DNA of 64,000 bases, taken from positions 4,560 through 68,559 of the forward strand of contig CAYHNG010000002.1 in assembly GCA_964357975.1 (NCBI GenBank). The letters are read 5' to 3'. Every line of letters begins with the position of its first letter. Within the stretch, counting starts at the first letter, position 1. Below are positions 21,187 to 30,159 of the stretch, one piece after another. Under the pieces are notes generated by a model, which saw only the letters and a list, made by a program, of their open reading frames with translations, searched no databases and was not told the origin of the DNA. Both the position numbers and the translations under genes were made by a program. This DNA is from an uncultured Pseudomonadales bacterium. Lineage in GTDB: Bacteria > Patescibacteriota > Microgenomatia > UBA1400 > MFAQ01.

Positions 21187-21988
21187 CAGATCTCGGATGT
21201 CAGATATCAGTTCTCAGATTAGAATATAAGGATGAAGATATTAGCGATTGAGAGCACGTGTGATGAAACGGCGGCGGCTGTAGTGGAGAACTTTGGCGAG
21301 GGAGTCAAGGTGATAAAAAGTGTGGTGGCAAGCTCGGTGGAGATGCACGAAAAATATGGTGGAATTGTCCCTGAAGTAGCCGCAAGGGAACAAATTAAAA
21401 GTATGATTCCGGTAATTATGGAAGCAATCGGCGATGATAAGGTCGAGGCGGTAGCCGTAAGTTATGGACCGGGCCTAATGGGAAGTTTGCTCGTGGGAGT
21501 GGAAACCGCCAAGGTTCTGGCGTGGGCATGGAAAAAACCATTACTTAAAGTAAATCACATGGCGGCCCACGTGCTGGCAAATTGGATCACTAAGGAAGGA
21601 TCTCAGATGTCAGATGTCAGATCTCAGATTCCGGAGATGCCGGCCGTTGGTTTGGTAGTTAGTGGAGGGCACACTGATCTGATACTAATGGAGAGTTTGA
21701 GTAAGTGGACTTGGATTGGAGGGACACGTGACGATGCGGTAGGAGAGGCTTTTGATAAAGTAGCGAGAATCTTAGGACTTCCCTATCCCGGTGGACCGGA
21801 AGTGGACAAAGCGGCAAGTAAGGTAACAGAGAAAGAATGGGAAACAAACAAAAATGAATTTAAATTACCTAGACCCTTGATCCATGATCCTGGATTAGAA
21901 ATGAGTTTCTCGGGAATTAAAGCGGCAGTGGCGAGAGTGGTAGAAACAAGATCTCAGATGTCAGATCTCAGATTTCAGATGTCGGATG
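21187..21988 (+). repeat. Three arrays of a CAGATNT heptamer (21187-21220 upstream of tsaD; 21598-21630 and 21948-21988 inside tsaD)
   Basis: cagatct/cagatgt/cagattt units in tandem. Confidence 0.8.
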
Positions 21989-22296
21989 AGACTTTTAGGA
22001 ATCTGGTGGCGAGAGAATTTAGTGAAGCGGTAACAGAGGTTCTGGTGAAGAAAACCATGATGGCAGTTGAACAATTTTTACCAAGAAGTGTTGTTCTGGC
22101 TGGTGGAGTGGCGGCAAACAAAAAACTCAGAGAAAGGTTGAGAGCTGAAGTAGAGAAGACAGAAGAAACAAAGTTTTTTGTACCTGAACTTAAATATTGC
22201 GGAGACAACGCCGCAATGGTTGGTGCAGTAGCTATACTACGCCGTGAAGAAGCGGAGTTAGACCTAAAACCGGAGCCAAGTCTGGCGACGGTCTAA
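21232..22296 (+). CDS. tsaD: tRNA N6-threonylcarbamoyltransferase TsaD
   Basis: ILAIESTCDETAAA, GGIVPEVAAR, NHMAAH, VSGGHT, TRDDA.GEAFDK, DNAAMV. Confidence 0.97.
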   Translation: MKILAIESTCDETAAAVVENFGEGVKVIKSVVASSVEMHEKYGGIVPEVAAREQIKSMIPVIMEAIGDDKVEAVAVSYGPGLMGSLLVGVETAKVLAWAWKKPLLKVNHMAAHVLANWITKEGSQMSDVRSQIPEMPAVGLVVSGGHTDLILMESLSKWTWIGGTRDDAVGEAFDKVARILGLPYPGGPEVDKAASKVTEKEWETNKNEFKLPRPLIHDPGLEMSFSGIKAAVARVVETRSQMSDLRFQMSDETFRNLVAREFSEAVTEVLVKKTMMAVEQFLPRSVVLAGGVAANKKLRERLRAEVEKTEETKFFVPELKYCGDNAAMVGAVAILRREEAELDLKPEPSLATV

Positions 22297-22304
22297 TCGA
22301 AATA

Positions 22305-22333
22305 AATAAAAAAACCCGCCGGCAAAAGCGGGT
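22305..22333 (-). terminator. Intrinsic terminator
   Basis: ACCCGC...GCGGGT stem with an A-run on the plus strand (U-run on minus). Confidence 0.7.
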
Positions 22334-22351
22334 AATAAAGAGACAATTTTT

Positions 22352-22558
22352 CTATAGAGCAAGGAGCGCCAGACCTATGACAGCGAGTATGCCTGCTACG
22401 CCGTATGGCTTGTTCCCCTCGAAGAAGACTTCTTTCTCAGGTCCTCGATAAACACTCTCCCTGATCGAACTTCTTGGTCTCGGTCTGTAAAAAAGTTTCA
22501 CCAGAACAAGAAGTACAGCAAATACTATAAAAACGATCCCAAGAATATTTAGGAACAT
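22352..22558 (-). CDS. Small 2-TM hypothetical protein (68 aa)
   Basis: Hydrophobic N- and C-termini; GAGGAG SD; own promoter and terminator. Confidence 0.7.
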   Translation of the reverse strand: MFLNILGIVFIVFAVLLVLVKLFYRPRPRSSIRESVYRGPEKEVFFEGNKPYGVAGILAVIGLALLAL

Positions 22559-22601
22559 CTCTCTCTCCTCTCGGTCTGTTAAAGAATGTTAGTTATGGGA
22601 T

Positions 22602-22630
22602 ATTATAGTATCCCTTAGGGTCCCCGTCAA
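22602..22630 (-). promoter_or_regulatory. Consensus sigma70 promoter
   Basis: TTGACG-N17-TATAAT on the minus strand. Confidence 0.75.
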
Positions 22631-22642
22631 GGGATGAGTTTC

Positions 22643-22672
22643 AAGCCTGAGCCAAGTCTGGTGACAGTTTAG
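22643..22672 (+). repeat. Diverged duplicate of the last 10 codons of tsaD
   Basis: aagcctgagccaagtctggtgacagtttag (KPEPSLVTV*) versus 22267-22296 aaaccggagccaagtctggcgacggtctaa (KPEPSLATV*). Confidence 0.8.
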
Positions 22673-23283
22673 GGGTTTTTAATAAAGCAACAAATAAAGG
22701 GGTGGTCTTTTTCTTCATGTAGGGTAATATCCAACAAATTAAAACCTGCCTCGACCAGACATTTGGCCATTTCCTCAACCGAATAATATGAATAAAAACG
22801 ACCTTTATTGTCGACTTCAGTACCAACACCTTCTTTGAGGGTTATAAGACCGATGCCACCCTGACGAAGTTGATCTCTTAACACCGCGAGAGAAGAAACG
22901 ATTTCGGCCTTATCCAGATGAAGAAGCGAGGCAATGGCCAGAAGACCATCAAATTTTGGTGAAAGACCGGGAACTCGAAGATCCTGACAGGCAAAATTTC
23001 CCTCCGGATAGCGGGACTTGGCAATCGACAGCATCCCCAAAGAAATATCGGTCCCTACGTAGCCATAGCCCATTTCTCTCAAAAGTAAGGCCTCATTGCC
23101 GATACCACAACCAACTTCCAAAACAGTTCCATCGGGCAATAGTTTTTGAAAGAGGGCTAATTCCTTTGACCAGTAGTGACTGACCCCCTCTCCCCTAAAA
23201 GAATTAAACTCTCGAGCGTGGTGATCATAATATGCAAGGGTGTTCTTTTCATGTTCATTTTTGTCCATGTCGGAGCATACCAT
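22669..23283 (-). CDS. Class I SAM-dependent methyltransferase (start may be ATG 23268)
   Basis: VLEVGCGIG, GTDIS.GML, FDGLLAIASLLHL. Confidence 0.85.
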   Translation of the reverse strand: MVCSDMDKNEHEKNTLAYYDHHAREFNSFRGEGVSHYWSKELALFQKLLPDGTVLEVGCGIGNEALLLREMGYGYVGTDISLGMLSIAKSRYPEGNFACQDLRVPGLSPKFDGLLAIASLLHLDKAEIVSSLAVLRDQLRQGGIGLITLKEGVGTEVDNKGRFYSYYSVEEMAKCLVEAGFNLLDITLHEEKDHPFICCFIKNP

Positions 23284-23288
23284 GATCC

Positions 23289-23321
23289 AAAAAAAAAGAA
23301 AAACCCACCGGTAAGGGTGGG
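23289..23321 (-). terminator. Intrinsic terminator
   Basis: CCCACC...GGTGGG stem with a long A-run on the plus strand. Confidence 0.65.
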
Positions 23322-23332
23322 CGGTGCAATGT

Positions 23333-23590
23333 CTATTTCTTCAGAGTGGTTGTTTCCGAGACCACCTTCCGACGAAAAAGATTGAGATAGTAGTAGTCCG
23401 AGAATGATTGTATTGAAAGAGCAAAAACAAGCAACCCGTCGGAGTAGATTGCGAAGATCACAATGAGCACGATGCTTGCAAAGAAAAAGAAGTAATCGAT
23501 CTTCTTGGGGACGTAGTTGGCCGGCTTGAGCATGTTGGCCACGATGATGAAGGCACTTAATAGCACCAAAATGAGTGTTGGTGTGGGCAT
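23333..23590 (-). CDS. Small hydrophobic hypothetical protein (85 aa)
   Basis: 2-3 TM segments; GAGGAG SD; own promoter and terminator. Confidence 0.65.
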   Translation of the reverse strand: MPTPTLILVLLSAFIIVANMLKPANYVPKKIDYFFFFASIVLIVIFAIYSDGLLVFALSIQSFSDYYYLNLFRRKVVSETTTLKK

Positions 23591-23631
23591 GGGGGTTCTC
23601 CTCGTATGTCAGGGTATGTTTCTTATGGGGT

Positions 23632-23660
23632 ATTATAGTGCCCCTTAAGGCTTTCGTCAA
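23632..23660 (-). promoter_or_regulatory. Consensus sigma70 promoter, paralogous to 22602-22630
   Basis: TTGACG-N17-TATAAT; 37 of 46 nt identical to 22593-22638. Confidence 0.75.
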
Positions 23661-23682
23661 GTGATGAGGTAAAATGAGGGTG

Positions 23683-25830
23683 ATGGAAAAGAATTACGAT
23701 CACAAAGAATACGAAGAGAAGATATATCGCGAGTGGGAGGCTAGTGGAGCCTTTACTCCCCCTACTGGAGCTGGGGTAGCAAAAACCGGACAGAAGACTT
23801 TAACGATCATTATGCCACCTCCAAACGCCAATGATCCGTTACATGTGGGACATGCGATGTTTGTGACGATCGAGGATATTCTGGTTAGATTCCACAGAAT
23901 GCGAGGTGAAGCGACTCTGTGGCTTCCGGGTACTGATCATGCCGGAATCGAAACGCAGTTTGTCTTTGAAAAGAAATTAGCTAAACAGAAAAAGAGTCGA
24001 TTTGATTTTGATAGGGACACTCTATATCAAATGATCTGGGATTATGTACAAGAAAACTCCGGAGTAGCGATCGAACAAATGAAAAAATTGGGAGCAAGTG
24101 CCGATTGGAGCAGATATAAGTTCACCCTCGACCAGGAGGTGGTCACAGAGGTTATCAAAACCTTTGTAAAGCTACACGAAGACGGATTGGTCTACAGAGG
24201 TGTCAAACTAGTCAATTACTGCACCCGATGTGGGACCGCCTATTCGGAACTGGAAGTGGATCATGAGGATCGAGAGGACAAGCTCTACAAAATAAATTAC
24301 GGAAAAATTATGGTGGCGACTACCAGACCGGAAACCATGCTCGGAGATGTGGCAGTGGCCGTTAATCCGGATGACCCCAGATACAAGAAGCTGATTGGCG
24401 AGAAGGTTGCCTTGCCACTCGTAGGGAGAGAAATACCCATTGTCGGGGACTCAATGGTGGACATGGAGTTTGGAACCGGTGCCGTAAAGATTACTCCGAC
24501 TCACGATCAAAATGATTGGGAGGTAGCGGTAAGGCAAGGGTGGAATATGGAAGAGATTGTCAGAGACTATCAGGTAATCGGAAATAACGGCAAGATGACC
24601 CAGAATGCCGGGAAATATGAGGGGTTGAACACAGTAGAGGCGAGAGAGAAGGTAGTGACTGATTTGGGAGAAGCTTTAATAGAAACGAAACCTTATCTTC
24701 ACAGCGTGGGTACTTGTTATCGATGCCATCGAATAATTGAGCCTTTGCCGATGAAACAATTCTTTATCAAGGTTAAAACTCTTGCAGATAAAGCTCTGAA
24801 AGCTCTCGATCAAGGAGAGACGGAGATTATGGGATCCGGTCATGACAAAATCTTACGTCACTGGCTAAGCAACTTACGAGATTGGAATATCAGCCGGCAG
24901 ATTGTTTGGGGAATAAGAATACCGGTGTGGTATCCACCAAAAGAACTCAAGGAATCAAGAACTCAAGGAATCAAGACAGAAAATGAGGAGTATGTGGTGA
25001 GTGAGAAGAGCCCGGGTGAAGGGTGGATTCAGGAAACAGATACGTTTGATACCTGGTTTTCTTCCGGCCAATGGCCAGTGGTGACACTAAAAACCGGTAA
25101 ACCGGGAGACTTTGAGGCATATTATCCAACGAGCGTAATGGAAACAGCCTATGACATTCTCCCCTTTTGGGTGATGAGGATGATGATGCTCGGCATATAT
25201 ATGACAGGAAAATCTCCCTTTAGAACGGTGTATTTACACGGATTGGTGCGAGATGAAAAGGGAGAAAAGATGAGCAAAAGTAAAGGCAACGTGATCAATC
25301 CTTTGGACTTGACCGAAAAATATGGAGCGGATTCTCTGAGGATGGCCCTGGTCATGAGCACGACGCCAGGACAAGATAGCAACACGGGAGAGAACAAAGT
25401 ACGGGGTATGAGAAATTTCGGGAATAAGATTTGGAATGCGGGAAGATATGTGTTGGAACTTGGATCAATAATGTCAGATGGAGTGAGATTGCCACGTCAC
25501 TCCGTTCCTCGCAATGACGGCGTTGGAGGAGAGAAAGATGATGACTTTGAAAAGAAGATGGAGGTAATAAAAAAGGAATTAACCAGATTGTTGGAGGATA
25601 ACCGTGTCGGACTGGCGGCGGAGTATATTTACAATGAATTTTGGCACTGGTTTTGTGATGAGCAGATTGAAGAAAATAAACAAGGAAGGATTAGTGACGA
25701 GGTCCTCAAAGCTGGATTTGAATCATTTTTGAAAATGCTTCACCCGTTCGTCCCCTTTGTGACGGAAGCGGTGTGGAAAGAGGCGTTTCCGGAGGAAGGA
25801 TTGATTATTAGTCAGAAGTGGCCGATTTAA
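23683..25830 (+). CDS. valS: Valine--tRNA ligase (short form without the C-terminal coiled coil)
   Basis: PPPN...LHVGHA, WLPGTDHAGI, DWNISRQ..WG, DTWFSS, KMSKS. Confidence 0.97.
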   Translation: MEKNYDHKEYEEKIYREWEASGAFTPPTGAGVAKTGQKTLTIIMPPPNANDPLHVGHAMFVTIEDILVRFHRMRGEATLWLPGTDHAGIETQFVFEKKLAKQKKSRFDFDRDTLYQMIWDYVQENSGVAIEQMKKLGASADWSRYKFTLDQEVVTEVIKTFVKLHEDGLVYRGVKLVNYCTRCGTAYSELEVDHEDREDKLYKINYGKIMVATTRPETMLGDVAVAVNPDDPRYKKLIGEKVALPLVGREIPIVGDSMVDMEFGTGAVKITPTHDQNDWEVAVRQGWNMEEIVRDYQVIGNNGKMTQNAGKYEGLNTVEAREKVVTDLGEALIETKPYLHSVGTCYRCHRIIEPLPMKQFFIKVKTLADKALKALDQGETEIMGSGHDKILRHWLSNLRDWNISRQIVWGIRIPVWYPPKELKESRTQGIKTENEEYVVSEKSPGEGWIQETDTFDTWFSSGQWPVVTLKTGKPGDFEAYYPTSVMETAYDILPFWVMRMMMLGIYMTGKSPFRTVYLHGLVRDEKGEKMSKSKGNVINPLDLTEKYGADSLRMALVMSTTPGQDSNTGENKVRGMRNFGNKIWNAGRYVLELGSIMSDGVRLPRHSVPRNDGVGGEKDDDFEKKMEVIKKELTRLLEDNRVGLAAEYIYNEFWHWFCDEQIEENKQGRISDEVLKAGFESFLKMLHPFVPFVTEAVWKEAFPEEGLIISQKWPI
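25479..25518. repeat. Palindromic family A, copy 5, in frame in valS
   Basis: TGGAGTGAGATTGCCACGTCACTCCGTTCCTCGCAATGAC; peptide GVRLPRHSVPRND. Confidence 0.85.
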
Positions 25831-25836
25831 ATAACA

Positions 25837-25864
25837 ATAGCCCGTCTCTTTAGAAACGGGCTAT
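25837..25864. terminator. Hairpin between convergent valS and rplY
   Basis: ATAGCCCGT...ACGGGCTAT. Confidence 0.55.
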
Positions 25865-26038
25865 GCAAAAAAATAGTTAACCTTCGTCTTCTTCGAACCA
25901 TGTTCCTTTTGTCTCAAACCAGGGGTCGGTTCCTTTGTAAGCCATGAAGCCACAGATTGTGGCAATAATGAGCACACCGGCAGTACCAATCCATGCCGTA
26001 ACACCGGTGAAGGAAAGCCACAGCTAGTGTCAAGTGAG

Positions 26039-26716
26039 TTATTCGGCTTTTGGCACTTCTGCCGGCTTCTCGCCTTCTTTAGCCTCACCTTCAGCAGGAA
26101 CGGCACCGGTAACCTCAGCCTCTGCCGGAGCTTCTTCAACCAGAGGAGCTTCTTCCTTCTGTGGGGCGCCTAAGGCGACAATAATTGTCTCAAGATCGGT
26201 AAGAACGGTGACCTCGGAAGGAAGTTTGACATCGGAAAGCTTAAGACTGTCACCAATCTCCTTGAGGGCAGAGATATCGAAAATGACGCTTTCGGGAATA
26301 TCGGTAGGTAGAGCTTCGACTTCGATTTCGTGTAAATTGATATCAAGTACAGCCAAACCATCCTTAACCATCTGAGCCTCTCCGACAACTTCGACAGGCA
26401 CATTGGCGGTAACCTTTTCTTTAAGGTTCACTTGATGAAAATCGACGTGGTACTTCTTGCCGGTAGTGGGATTGTTGGTTAAACCCTTGATAAGAGTAGG
26501 TCTTTCTTTATCCTCGCCTTCGACTTTAAGCCAGATGAGACTGGTTTCTCCCGCATCTTTATAAATCCGATTGAATTCAACTTCCGAGACTTGGATGGCT
26601 TGACTTTTGATAGTGTGGCCAAAAACGTTGGCCGGGATAACGCCTTGTCGGCGTAATTTCTTAACCTTACTACCTGTAAGGAGGCGCTTATCTGCTTTTA
26701 AGATATATTTGTTCAT
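26039..26716 (-). CDS. rplY: 50S ribosomal protein L25/CTC
   Basis: KKLRRQG.IPANVFG, HVDFHQV, VEALPTDIPE. Confidence 0.95.
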   Translation of the reverse strand: MNKYILKADKRLLTGSKVKKLRRQGVIPANVFGHTIKSQAIQVSEVEFNRIYKDAGETSLIWLKVEGEDKERPTLIKGLTNNPTTGKKYHVDFHQVNLKEKVTANVPVEVVGEAQMVKDGLAVLDINLHEIEVEALPTDIPESVIFDISALKEIGDSLKLSDVKLPSEVTVLTDLETIIVALGAPQKEEAPLVEEAPAEAEVTGAVPAEGEAKEGEKPAEVPKAE

Positions 26717-26755
26717 GATTGGTATTGTATCTTAGAAAGCCAGGCTTCTCAACTT

Positions 26756-29479
26756 TTATTGACTGCCCAAGACAAAACTAACGCCAAAGGTGGAAGTTCT
26801 GGGAGGTAAGACAATCCCCAGATTGTTCTGGCCGGAAGTGACCTGCTCGGTAATGACTGCAGGTCTGGCCTTGTCGGGTATTTTAATATTGAGTTCAGAA
26901 GACTGATTGAGAAGACCCGGTTGACGATATTCGGTAAGGGAATAGGCAAAGGGTACTAAGATAGGTTTGTCTAAGAAGGTAATGAATTTGATTACTAGGC
27001 TATGCGGTTGATTGGCGGTAAGGGAGATGGGGATCTGGAACCTTTCCAAATCATTATCCCTCTGTTGAGTGACCAACCTTATGGAAATACTTTTATCATC
27101 CAATAGAATTTGGTCCAAGACCGAGCCAGCCGGAGCGTAGAGCTGAATTATCTCGTTTAGAGTTCGGTTTACATCGGTAAGATTTTCCGTGAATTGATAC
27201 TGGACCAGATACTCGTGGAGAACACGATTTGGTTCCAGCCAAGCAGAATGAAGTATTTTTCGTTGGAGAATATTCGACAAGGGTAGAAAGGAAAAATTGG
27301 AGACATTTAAGTAGGTAGTCTGAGATAAACAGTTGGCGACACTTGATAACCCCCCGTGGCAGACATGAGGGTATACAGACCCGGCATAAGAACGACCAAT
27401 AAAGGATTTTTCGATATCGGAATCCGAAGTCCAGAAATACAATTGATCTTCTTCCGATTGTTTGGCAAGGACCCTCCCAAAGAAGACGAGAGACCTCTCG
27501 TGACCAAAGAAAGCGTCGAGATAGTAGTCGATAAGTTTTTGATAAATTGTGCTTGGAGAGTTCGTGGCTAGTTCCTTTTGAAACGATTCAGCGGTAATAT
27601 TTTGCCCATCGAGCAGAAGACCTTTGTCCTCCACGAGCAAACTCTCGATAAGCCGGTCGTTGACTGCGAGAATAATGTCCGGCTTGAATTTGAGTGTTTT
27701 TTCAATAAACCACGAGATATTAGTGGCTGTTTGGGGAAAATCAGGGTTGTAGTTTAGATCCCTGACTTTCCAATCAACCTGACCGGTGAAGCGACTAACA
27801 AACGGCGGAGCCGCAACCACGCCGGTAGCCAAAGAATCCAACTCGTCACTCCGATAGATATTTCTGGAGACAAGACGACCCTGCTCCAAAACTAACACCA
27901 GAACATAGTCGATGGCTCCTCCGGTACTTCTTATCTCTTGGCTGTTTTGGAAGAGAACGACAATATTTTTGGCCGAGTCCCCTGCCAAAAATACAGGTAT
28001 AAGTTCGGAGGTTTTTAGAAGGTCCGAAATTTGTAGCTCGACTAATTTTAAATTTTTGAATTCAGGGTTGGAATTGATTTTTTCCTGCAAAACTAAGGGC
28101 AACTTGTTCTGATTACTTAAAAGTTCAATTTGATTAAGATTTTCATAGACCTGACTAAGATTCGACCGGAGAGCGAGGATCGTGTCTCCATAGAACTGCC
28201 CGGTGGACGGGCCTCCAATGGTTTGATAAATTTTCTCGGCCAATTGGTAGGTTTGTTGGAGACTAGCCAGACTCTCTTGTGAGTATTTAAGAAATATGAA
28301 GAGATTGAAATTTTTTTCATGAATATCACTGGCCACTATCGAGACGACAGGCGAGACGACAGAGTAGGAGTATTCCCCTATCTGTGAGTAGAATTTCGAT
28401 CGGCCGAGATCTTTGACCGATAAGGCAATATTGCCTTTTCTCATGTCAAAAAGAGTGGTCTCCAGACTTTTTAAAGAAAGTGCCGTAAAGTAGATATAGC
28501 CGAGAGTTAAAATTAAATAAACAGCGGCAACCGAGACAATGATGTATTCGAGGGTTTTGGTGACTAATTGACGAGCGGTTTCAATATTTTTTACACTCCC
28601 CTTTTTTATTTTGAAGCTGACGATAATTCCGGAAAGTGATTGAAGCCAGGAGCTTAGCCTCTTCAGTTTCAGGTGCTGGTTTTGCTTGTGAGCATAATGA
28701 AGTTTTGTCAGTAGTAAGGTGCGATCTTCCGAAAGACGACGTACAGCGTCTTTCAGTTTGGAGGCGAAATCGTCTTGAGGCTCCCAATTTAGTAGAGCTC
28801 TGGTTTGATTGCCCAAGCTGCTTAGGTCCATGTCGAAACTTTGATCCACTCCCCCCGCATCGATTTCAAACTCAGGTCCCTCAGAATCTTCCAGATTTTT
28901 TTTGATCAAATAGGCAATCTCGAGATCGGTGATAGGATCTCCTACAACCCAAAAACTTTTTCCGGCAGTATTATGTAAAAAGAAGATTTTTTGGAGACAG
29001 CCGGTGAGATCGCCAAAGGAAACAGGATAAAAATTATTTTCACCTTTTTTGGATATTGAGATCTTTCTCTCCGCTATAGCCTCGAGAACATATTTTTCCA
29101 AATAGGTCTCAGAGTATAGAAGAGTGGATTGAAATAAATCTCTAAGGTACACCAAGCGATGTAGCGGACGGTCACCTCCAAGCTTGTTAAGTAGTTCTTG
29201 GAAATAGAGGTTTTTCTCGGAATCAATTTGTTCACCATGGAGAATCAAGACGGTTAATTTTTGGTTTCTTTTTTTGACTTGATCGTAGATTTCAATAATT
29301 TTTTGGCTGATGTGACTTAGGTCTTGCGAAAGGTCAATTAACGCCAAAACATAAGGAAGCTGGATGATGTCCTTGAGAGGCCGAAAGTTTATTTCCGGTG
29401 AGTCAATTTGACCAAGAAAACTTTCCTCAAGAAATGAGTTGTTGCTCCAGACAGCAATTTTGATAACACCTTCCGCCAT
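26756..29479 (-). CDS. Large membrane protein with a DUF4012-like extracellular domain
   Basis: FQNSQEIRSTGG and RDLNYNPDFP motifs; single TM; C-terminal YRQPG. Confidence 0.7.
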   Translation of the reverse strand: MAEGVIKIAVWSNNSFLEESFLGQIDSPEINFRPLKDIIQLPYVLALIDLSQDLSHISQKIIEIYDQVKKRNQKLTVLILHGEQIDSEKNLYFQELLNKLGGDRPLHRLVYLRDLFQSTLLYSETYLEKYVLEAIAERKISISKKGENNFYPVSFGDLTGCLQKIFFLHNTAGKSFWVVGDPITDLEIAYLIKKNLEDSEGPEFEIDAGGVDQSFDMDLSSLGNQTRALLNWEPQDDFASKLKDAVRRLSEDRTLLLTKLHYAHKQNQHLKLKRLSSWLQSLSGIIVSFKIKKGSVKNIETARQLVTKTLEYIIVSVAAVYLILTLGYIYFTALSLKSLETTLFDMRKGNIALSVKDLGRSKFYSQIGEYSYSVVSPVVSIVASDIHEKNFNLFIFLKYSQESLASLQQTYQLAEKIYQTIGGPSTGQFYGDTILALRSNLSQVYENLNQIELLSNQNKLPLVLQEKINSNPEFKNLKLVELQISDLLKTSELIPVFLAGDSAKNIVVLFQNSQEIRSTGGAIDYVLVLVLEQGRLVSRNIYRSDELDSLATGVVAAPPFVSRFTGQVDWKVRDLNYNPDFPQTATNISWFIEKTLKFKPDIILAVNDRLIESLLVEDKGLLLDGQNITAESFQKELATNSPSTIYQKLIDYYLDAFFGHERSLVFFGRVLAKQSEEDQLYFWTSDSDIEKSFIGRSYAGSVYPHVCHGGLSSVANCLSQTTYLNVSNFSFLPLSNILQRKILHSAWLEPNRVLHEYLVQYQFTENLTDVNRTLNEIIQLYAPAGSVLDQILLDDKSISIRLVTQQRDNDLERFQIPISLTANQPHSLVIKFITFLDKPILVPFAYSLTEYRQPGLLNQSSELNIKIPDKARPAVITEQVTSGQNNLGIVLPPRTSTFGVSFVLGSQ

Positions 29480-29718
29480 TAATTTAGTATAGATGATTTG
29501 TACTTTTACCTTTTTGTTTATTTCTGTATATACGTTTCTTTCTATTGTTTTCTGGCCTTGTTAACTTTTTTACTCTGTGCCTATTTTATCTACTATTCTG
29601 TTATTACTTTCTACATGTGAAAATTATTGGCTGCGATTGATTAGACTTATTCACATTCGTTTTTGACCACAAGATCATCAATAGTATTGCTTTGAAATCC
29701 GTGAAAATTTATGGAAAG

Positions 29719-30156
29719 TTATTTATTGAGAGCGTCGTTAACCAACTGGTCGGCTTCTTTGTTTTTGTCTCTAAGCACATTAACAAAGGACATTAGTTTT
29801 ATTTGATCATTGTCTCTGAGTTTTTTGATCAGACTAACAATGGACTTTCGTAACTCTTGGAGATGTAGTTGTTTAACTTTATAGAGACCGGTGATTTGTT
29901 TGACAATCAGTTCGGAGTCAAGAATAAAGCGAATTTTTTCGGTAGAGATGTCCCGGATTTCAATTTCTTCTAAAGCTCTGAGGACGGCGGTATATTCGGC
30001 CACGTTGTTGGTCGTCTCACCAATTTTTTCCGAGAGAGTAAAGACAACATGACCATCGGCTTTGGCGACGACACCAATGGCGGCCTGGCCCGGATTACCC
30101 CGGGAACCTCCATCGGTATTTATTTCCAGTAAATCTAGGGTTTTCGACATAGGCAT
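29719..30156 (-). CDS. rnhA: Ribonuclease HI
   Basis: TDGGSRGNPG, TNNVAEY, DSEL, N.EAD.L.N. Confidence 0.93.
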   Translation of the reverse strand: MPMSKTLDLLEINTDGGSRGNPGQAAIGVVAKADGHVVFTLSEKIGETTNNVAEYTAVLRALEEIEIRDISTEKIRFILDSELIVKQITGLYKVKQLHLQELRKSIVSLIKKLRDNDQIKLMSFVNVLRDKNKEADQLVNDALNK

Positions 30157-30159
30157 AGT

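Noticed and set aside
29480-29718. T-rich intergenic stretch with one TTATTCACA as a possible second origin
   Set aside because: Only one box-like motif and no tandem box-trio layout; more likely a promoter region or decayed sequence.
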